From contig OZ242376.1 in the NCBI GenBank assembly GCA_965209085.1, positions 1,536,001 to 1,600,000 on the forward strand: DNA of 64,000 nucleotides, in the 5' to 3' direction. The position numbers were made by a program, and so were the translations under genes. This document shows, in pieces, positions 58,132 to 64,000 of this stretch (position 1 is the stretch's first letter; every line of letters starts with the position of its first letter). The DNA comes from Nitrosopumilaceae archaeon (GTDB lineage Archaea > Thermoproteota > Nitrososphaeria > Nitrososphaerales > Nitrosopumilaceae). Below the pieces are notes generated by a model that was not told the DNA's origin, did not search any database, and worked only from the letters and a program-made list of their open reading frames with translations.

Positions 58132-58974
58132 ATGCGCATAGGTTGCCATGTTTCCATATCAGGCGGCATACACTGCGCCGTGGACAATGCCTCCAAACTT
58201 GACTGTACGGCATTTCAGATATTTACCCGAAATCCCAGAGGATGGGGCGCAAAAGAGATTCAAGATGGGGATGCTGATATTTTCAAATCAAAAATTGCCA
58301 AAAGCGAAATAGATCCCTCTGCCACGTGCGCCCATATGCCATACCTGCCAAACCTCTCCTCGCCAAAAAAAGACGTTCATGAAAAATCAGTTGGCACTCT
58401 TGTAGGTGAGGTAAAAAGATGCGGCATGCTTGGAATACCCTACATTGTTACACATCTTGGAAGCCATCTTGGAACCGGCGATGAGGCGGGGATAAAACAG
58501 CTTATCGCAGCATACACCAAAGCTGCAACGGTAAAAAACGACGTGACCATACTGCTGGAGAATACGGCAGGGCAGAAAAATTCCGTGGGTTCTGAATTTG
58601 GACAGCTAGGAGACATTTTGAAAAAATTAAAACCCTCCAAGAGATTTGGCGTCTGCATTGATACGTGCCATGCATTTGCCTACGGGTATGATCTCATGAC
58701 TGCTGCAAAGTTTCGAAAATGTTTTGAGGAATTTGATGAGAAAGTTGGAGCTGAGAATCTAAAGATACTCCATCTCAATGATGCCAAAGCTCCGTGCGGA
58801 TCAAAACTTGACAGACACGAGCACGTAGGATTGGGGCAGATAGGCACAGAAGGTATGAGGGCGGCGGTAAACTATGCTGCAAAGCGCGACATTCCGACAA
58901 TTTTAGAGACGCCCATTGATTCGATACGCGACGGCAGAGGAGATCTTGACGAGGCAAGGATGATGATAAAATGA
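58132..58974 (+). CDS. nfo: Endonuclease IV
   Basis: 'GCHVS', 'HMPYLPNL', 'LLENTAGQ', 'CIDTCH', 'HLND', 'DRH', 'LETP'. Confidence 0.96.
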   Translation: MRIGCHVSISGGIHCAVDNASKLDCTAFQIFTRNPRGWGAKEIQDGDADIFKSKIAKSEIDPSATCAHMPYLPNLSSPKKDVHEKSVGTLVGEVKRCGMLGIPYIVTHLGSHLGTGDEAGIKQLIAAYTKAATVKNDVTILLENTAGQKNSVGSEFGQLGDILKKLKPSKRFGVCIDTCHAFAYGYDLMTAAKFRKCFEEFDEKVGAENLKILHLNDAKAPCGSKLDRHEHVGLGQIGTEGMRAAVNYAAKRDIPTILETPIDSIRDGRGDLDEARMMIK

Positions 58975-60449
58975 GCTACGATGATGTTTTAAAACTTGCA
59001 CTTGAGCGCGGGTTTTATTTTCCAAGCTGCGAACCGTACGGAGATTCACATGCGGGTTTTTGGGAGTATGGACCAAGCGGTGTTTCATTGAAAAATAAAT
59101 TTTTACAGTTGTGGAGACGCCAGATGGTGCGCCGCGGCGACATGATGGAGATAGACGGCTCACAAATAATGTCAAAATCCGTCTTTGAGGCTTCAGGTCA
59201 TCTAGCAGGCTTTGCTGATCCGATAACACAGTGCTCCAAATGCAACGCCACGTTTCCTGCCGACAAAATGATCTTTGATCAGTGCGGGGCTCAAATCCCA
59301 GAGGCTGCCGAATGTACCGAGTTTGATGAGGCAATTGTAAAAAACAAGATTGCATGTCCAAAATGCAAAGGAGATCTTGGTACAGTGCGCAAATTTAACA
59401 TGATGTTCCAGGTGGGCATAGGTCCGGACGGCGAGGCAGCATATCTGCGTCCTGAAACGTGCCAGTCCATATTTGTAGACTTTCCACGCCTGTTCAAAAC
59501 GATGCGTGGCAAGCTTCCAATGGGAATTGCACAGGTGGGCAAAAGCTTTCGCAACGAGATATCCCCAAGGCAGGGACTCTTGAGACTACGCGAATTTTAC
59601 CAGGCAGAGATAGAGGTGTTTTGCAATCCATCAAGGCTTGATTCGGTTCCAGGATGGGAAGATGTTAAAGGTACAAAAATAATTCTAGAAATCGACGGCA
59701 ACAAAACTGCAACCACGTGTGCTGCCGCAGTGGAATCAGGTCTGCTGCCAAACAAACTTGTGGCACATTATCTTGGAATGCTTGCGGATTTTTACGAAAA
59801 AACCGGCATTGATATGGAAAAAACAAGATTTCGCAGGTTGGGTGAAAAGGAAAAGGCGTTTTATGCAGAATCCGCATTTGATTTTGAAGTGAAAACGGAC
59901 ATTGGCTGGCTAGAGCTTGTGGCATGCAACTATAGATCGGCGCACGATTTGCAGGCGCATGCCTCAAAGAGCGGGGAAAAATTCGAGGTGATGGATGGCG
60001 AGGAAAAAGTGCTTCCGCACGTATTTGAGATATCGATGGGCATTGACAGAAGCCTGTATACAATACTAGAATCCGGACTTCATATTGAATCAGTTAAAGA
60101 CAGCAAGGGTAAAGAGAGTGAGCGCACGCTGCTTTCCATAAAACCATACCTTGCACCATTTCATGTTGCAGTACTATCCCTGGTAAAAAAAGACGGACTG
60201 CGCGAAAAGACAGACCAAATACACTGCCGGTTGCGCCGCAGCTTTGATGCGTTTGCAGACCACTCTGGAGCCATAGGAAGGCGCTACCGCAGACAGGATG
60301 AGATTGGAACCCCGTATGCGGTTACAGTCGATCATCAGAGCATGAAGGATGATACGGTTACTTTGCGCGAGCGCGATTCCATGAAACAAAAGAGGGTAAA
60401 TATTGACGAGCTAGAATCCATCCTCTCTGATTCTGTCTCGTTTCCCTAG
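58971..60449 (+). CDS. glyS: Glycine--tRNA ligase (class IIa homodimer)
   Basis: 'YLRPETCQ', 'GKSFRNEISPR', 'PHVFEISMGIDR', 'IGRRYRRQDEIGTP'. Confidence 0.96.
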   Translation: MSYDDVLKLALERGFYFPSCEPYGDSHAGFWEYGPSGVSLKNKFLQLWRRQMVRRGDMMEIDGSQIMSKSVFEASGHLAGFADPITQCSKCNATFPADKMIFDQCGAQIPEAAECTEFDEAIVKNKIACPKCKGDLGTVRKFNMMFQVGIGPDGEAAYLRPETCQSIFVDFPRLFKTMRGKLPMGIAQVGKSFRNEISPRQGLLRLREFYQAEIEVFCNPSRLDSVPGWEDVKGTKIILEIDGNKTATTCAAAVESGLLPNKLVAHYLGMLADFYEKTGIDMEKTRFRRLGEKEKAFYAESAFDFEVKTDIGWLELVACNYRSAHDLQAHASKSGEKFEVMDGEEKVLPHVFEISMGIDRSLYTILESGLHIESVKDSKGKESERTLLSIKPYLAPFHVAVLSLVKKDGLREKTDQIHCRLRRSFDAFADHSGAIGRRYRRQDEIGTPYAVTVDHQSMKDDTVTLRERDSMKQKRVNIDELESILSDSVSFP

Positions 60450-61300
60450 GATTGTAAAACTTTTTTTGCGTGTTTATAGTGCACCTCGTCTATCATTTTA
60501 CCCTCAACTGTTACAGCACCGCGTCCTGATTCGCGTATAGATTGTTCATACGCTTTGCAGACTTTGTTTGCCCATTCAAGTTCGGCCTTTGTTGGTGCAA
60601 ATATTTTATGTATTGCTGATATTTGGTCAGGATGTATGACGCACTTGCCTGCATATCCAAGGGATCGCGCCGTTTGCGAATCTTTTTCAAGACCGGCATC
60701 ATCTTTGGTATCCTGCCATATGGCATCAATTGCCGGCACGCCAGCTGCGCGCGCATCCAGAGGTATTTTTGCCCGAGCATATGCTGCAGCCGGCGATCCG
60801 GGTTCGTAATCCGTGTAAAGATCGGCCAGTAAATCAAATACTCCAAAGACCACAGCCTCTACGCGCTCAGAGCATGATGCAATGCTGTAACAGTTTACAG
60901 TCCCAAGTGCTGACTCTATTGAGGGTATCAACGGAATCTTTGGCAGATGCAGCCGTGATTCGTGCTCTTTTAGTATTGTGATTACATCGTTTAGATGCTG
61001 TGCAGAGTCAACTTTTGGCACCACTATTCCTTCCAGTCCTGCACGCACGATATTTTTCAGATCTTGGGGTATTGCGCCCGACTGTGGTGAATTTGTGCGT
61101 ACAAATTTGCGTCCCACATGTGACTCTCCAAGCGATTCAGCAGCCATGCGTCTTGCCTCGGGTTTTTGATCCTCAGGTACGGAATCTTCTAAATCAAGGC
61201 ATACAATGTCCGTGGGCAATGTACGGGCTTTGGTTAAAAATCGTCTGTTATTTGATGGAACAAAGGTTAGAGTGCGTATTAGTCCGGTAATATCAGACAC
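60446..61300 (-). CDS. CitE-like CoA-ester lyase (HpcH/HpaI aldolase/citrate lyase family)
   Basis: 'FVPSN', 'LDLEDSV', 'IESALG', 'GKCVIHPDQ', 'GKMIDE'. Confidence 0.92.
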   Translation of the reverse strand: MSDITGLIRTLTFVPSNNRRFLTKARTLPTDIVCLDLEDSVPEDQKPEARRMAAESLGESHVGRKFVRTNSPQSGAIPQDLKNIVRAGLEGIVVPKVDSAQHLNDVITILKEHESRLHLPKIPLIPSIESALGTVNCYSIASCSERVEAVVFGVFDLLADLYTDYEPGSPAAAYARAKIPLDARAAGVPAIDAIWQDTKDDAGLEKDSQTARSLGYAGKCVIHPDQISAIHKIFAPTKAELEWANKVCKAYEQSIRESGRGAVTVEGKMIDEVHYKHAKKVLQS

Positions 61301-62372
61301 CCTCTGGCTTTAAAATGATCTTGCCAAAGAGTCCTTTGCCGGACAGCATTTTTGTGTGCGCATCTGCTGCTTGCTCGAAAGTATATTCAGAGTCTATAAT
61401 TGATTTTATCTTTTTTTGTCCAATCCAGTACAGGCTTTGTTCAAGTTCCGCCTTTGTACCCTGGGTGGAGCCGAGTATGTTTGTACCCTTGAAGAATATG
61501 TGCCGAAGATCCGTTTTTGCATCATAGCCGGTTGTTGCCCCGCATGAAACAAGTGTTGCACCGTATTTTAAAAGCGTGAGCTGTTTGTTCCAGTGCGTTT
61601 CTCCAATGTGGTCAAATGAAACATCAATTCCAGGAGCCTCGCCTTTTCTCTTTGCAATTTCTTTTGTAATTGCACGCACTTCCTTATGCCAGTCGTCTTT
61701 TCTGTGATCTACTGCATAGTCTGCTCCAAGCTCTTTGCATTTGTCCAGTTTGTCCGGACTTGCTGTTGCGATAACATCACAGTTGTAGAGTTTTGCAATT
61801 TGTATGGCAAAGCTGCCCACACCGGATCCTCCTCCCATAATCAAAACCGTCTGACCTGGTCTGATCTTTGCACGGCCTACAAGCATGTGCCATGAAGTCA
61901 TGATTGTCATGGATGCAGCTGCTGCATCTTGATAGCTTACACCTTCGGGTATTTTTGCCACGTTTACCTCTGGCAGATGTGTCATCTCTGAGAATGCTCC
62001 CCAGTTTGGTCCGGTCTGGAATCCCCAAATGGTGCGTTTTATACAGTCAAATTCTCGGCCAGCTGTGCATGCAGAACAGGATCTGCACGACATGTTTGCG
62101 TGCGAGACCACGCGGTCTCCGGGTTTAAAGTTTACAACATCTTCGCCTACTGCCACCACATCGCCGGCAGCATCCGAGCCGGATACGTGCGGAAGCGGTA
62201 CGGGAACAGGATTGCCCCTCATGCCCCAGATATCATTATAGTTTAACGAAGCAGCTTTAACGTTAAAGACTACCTCGTTTGGCTTTGGCTTTGGATCATC
62301 AATATCCTTTATTTTTAGGATTTTTGCAAAATTATCATCTGGTGCGTATTCATCATATGTTATCGCTTTCAC
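61293..62372 (-). CDS. Zinc-binding MDR alcohol dehydrogenase/oxidoreductase
   Basis: 'GSDAAG', structural Zn site 'CRSCSAC...C', 'GGGSGVG', 'GATTG'. Confidence 0.92.
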   Translation of the reverse strand: MKAITYDEYAPDDNFAKILKIKDIDDPKPKPNEVVFNVKAASLNYNDIWGMRGNPVPVPLPHVSGSDAAGDVVAVGEDVVNFKPGDRVVSHANMSCRSCSACTAGREFDCIKRTIWGFQTGPNWGAFSEMTHLPEVNVAKIPEGVSYQDAAAASMTIMTSWHMLVGRAKIRPGQTVLIMGGGSGVGSFAIQIAKLYNCDVIATASPDKLDKCKELGADYAVDHRKDDWHKEVRAITKEIAKRKGEAPGIDVSFDHIGETHWNKQLTLLKYGATLVSCGATTGYDAKTDLRHIFFKGTNILGSTQGTKAELEQSLYWIGQKKIKSIIDSEYTFEQAADAHTKMLSGKGLFGKIILKPEGV

Positions 62373-62887
62373 AAATAACACCTACAACTAGCCCTAATTA
62401 TATTTATCAGATTTTGACCATTTTTATTCAAAATTGTAAGATTATAAAAGTAGATTTCCCCGGATTTATACCATATTCTCCCTGTTTGTATACATTCTTG
62501 TTCCAATTATCTAAATAAAAATTGATAAAAAACGGTTTTTCATTCTTGCATTCATATACTATGCACCAATTATCATTAAATTTTACTTTCCTCATATTGT
62601 GATCTGGGCAAGTAACACTGCCAGTTAATGTACAAGAATCATCTTTTTTAGATATCCAGTTAATATAATATTCTAGTCCCTGTATTCATCAGATTTTAAT
62701 ATTCTAAATTTAAATGATATTGATGTACAATCTTCAAATGCTGTCATTTTTAATCTCGCCTTTCTATACCTAATTTTTTGTCCAATTCATATCGTACGAC
62801 AATATCTGCATCTTTATCAGTCCATTCAGTATTTACAATTTTCGGAGTATCCATATGTTATAAAATAACATATTTGTTAATATATGT

Positions 62888-63243
62888 TTATGATGGTGGT
62901 ACGTCGGATTTTCTAGTTGAGGATGCTCCATTGTGTCCCATCCGGCTTCCACCTTTGTTTGTGTCCGGATTGCGCGATTCTTGCTGCGTTTTTCTGTCTT
63001 GGTTTTTTTCTGATTTTATTTTTTCCCATATTGCCTTGTTTGATGACGGTAATGCACCAGGGCTTTCATACCGTTGGAGCCTAAGATTCCATGGTCTTTT
63101 TGTATAGCAAACTCTGCAATCTATAATTCTAGAGAATAGTTTTTGGTAAATTGTTTTTGAATCAGTTCATCTTTTTTACGATCCTGTTCTATCAATCGGG
63201 CCACTTTTACTCTTAGCAGGGAAGTCTCGGTTTTGTTAGGCAT
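62888..63243 (-). pseudogene. Probable IS66-family transposase N-terminal relic
   Basis: Coiled-coil start, internal stop and frameshift, then 'RLQRYESPGALPSS...KGGSRMGHNGAS' resembling the IS66 'PPSS...GGxxGHxG' motif. Confidence 0.5.
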
Positions 63244-63373
63244 ATGATCCATTACGTTCCGTTATGGTAAATTTAGATCAGTATGATCAAATTGATTTGA
63301 GTGTGCGTGGGGGCTAGCCACATACCTGTACTAGAGCCGTTTGGCATATATGCCAAGGTGCATGTATCCGCGT

Positions 63374-63892
63374 ATGAACTCGTGGATATTTTTTGCAGCA
63401 GCGGCATTATTTTTTATGCTCTCTCCAGTACAGGCGGATGCGCATTCTCTTTTCAATTCCGCCGAGGAGTTTATCGGCGGATATCGGGTACAGATAGCCA
63501 CGTTGCCTGAATTTCCCCAGATAAGTGAAAAATCCCAGATATTGCTGCGCATTACTGATACGGATTTTAACGAGGTTGAAGGATTCACCATAGGTTTGCG
63601 CGTCTTTCATGCCGGAGAGCAGATAAACGCGTGGATTCCTACATTTTACGATGGAAGTCACTGGGAAGGAAATTATGTCTTTGAGACTACCGGCAACCAC
63701 ATAGTTTACGTGGATTTGTACGATATGAGGGACGATGGTAAAACACTGACGTATACGTTTAACATCAGCACGCAAAGTCCGTTTGGCTACATCTTTATCA
63801 TTAGCATAACCATAGGTACAGTCATGCTTGCAATAGTTATTGGCATAGTTTATCTGCCAAAACGTATTCCAAAATTTATGCGCCGGACTTAG
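63374..63892 (+). CDS. Secreted, C-terminally anchored hypothetical protein
   Basis: Signal peptide ending ADA-H, beta-rich domain, C-terminal TM helix. Confidence 0.75.
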   Translation: MNSWIFFAAAALFFMLSPVQADAHSLFNSAEEFIGGYRVQIATLPEFPQISEKSQILLRITDTDFNEVEGFTIGLRVFHAGEQINAWIPTFYDGSHWEGNYVFETTGNHIVYVDLYDMRDDGKTLTYTFNISTQSPFGYIFIISITIGTVMLAIVIGIVYLPKRIPKFMRRT

Positions 63893-64000
63893 GCGCACGC
63901 ACATCTATGCGAAATGCAAACAATACGGTAAGCAGAACCATTGCAAACAGCAGTATTCCTATGCCAAGATGAATTGACACTAAAACCGCATGCAGTAATG
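63876..64000 (-). CDS. Heme A synthase (CtaA/COX15-like) C-terminal fragment, truncated by the window
   Basis: Hand translation LLHAVLVSIHLGIGILLFAMVLLTVLFAFR...; His within a TM helix. Confidence 0.6.
   Translation of the reverse strand, partial: LLHAVLVSIHLGIGILLFAMVLLTVLFAFRIDVRAPKSGA

Noticed and set aside
62380-63325. CTAGCCC / GGGCTAG as terminal inverted repeats of an IS66-like element
   Set aside because: Only a 7-bp match, too short to support element boundaries
1-64000. CRISPR array, rRNA genes or prophage structural genes
   Set aside because: No regularly spaced direct repeats, rRNA-like tracts, or capsid/terminase motifs seen

Overview
Archaeal chromosomal segment. Gene content (aIF2-alpha, Nop10, TFE, aTrm56, Kae1, AglB, a cobalamin operon, bacterial-type MetK) points to Nitrososphaerota, probably Nitrosopumilaceae (inference). 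The housekeeping backbone runs RPA, Lhr, RadB-like, Lsm, metK, cob/cbi genes, tRNA-Lys, tRNA-Arg, rps13, rps4, glmS, hflX, tfe, kae1, ychF, hisCDG, nfo and glyS. Four visibly AT-rich accessory regions interrupt it. (1) About 12.6-24.1 kb, beside an AglB-cyclophilin fusion, is a glycan island with a flippase, two divergent paralogous GT2-like ORFs, a nucleotide-sugar operon containing nadE, and several IS relics including a nested IS3 and an 80-bp MITE. (2) About 29.8-34.6 kb, next to tRNA-Lys, is a decayed island with two IS5-family elements, a ~293-bp inverted repeat, an alpha/beta hydrolase and a probable integrase relic. (3) 46.4-49.6 kb holds a signal-peptide 'YIDPGAGS' micro-protein, a kinase-methyltransferase fusion and an LtaS/sulfatase-fold membrane protein; this is the best candidate for an uncharacterised surface-modification system. 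(4) Small insertions lie at about 52.3 kb and 62.4-63.3 kb. All calls come from motif recognition by eye; no database searches were run.
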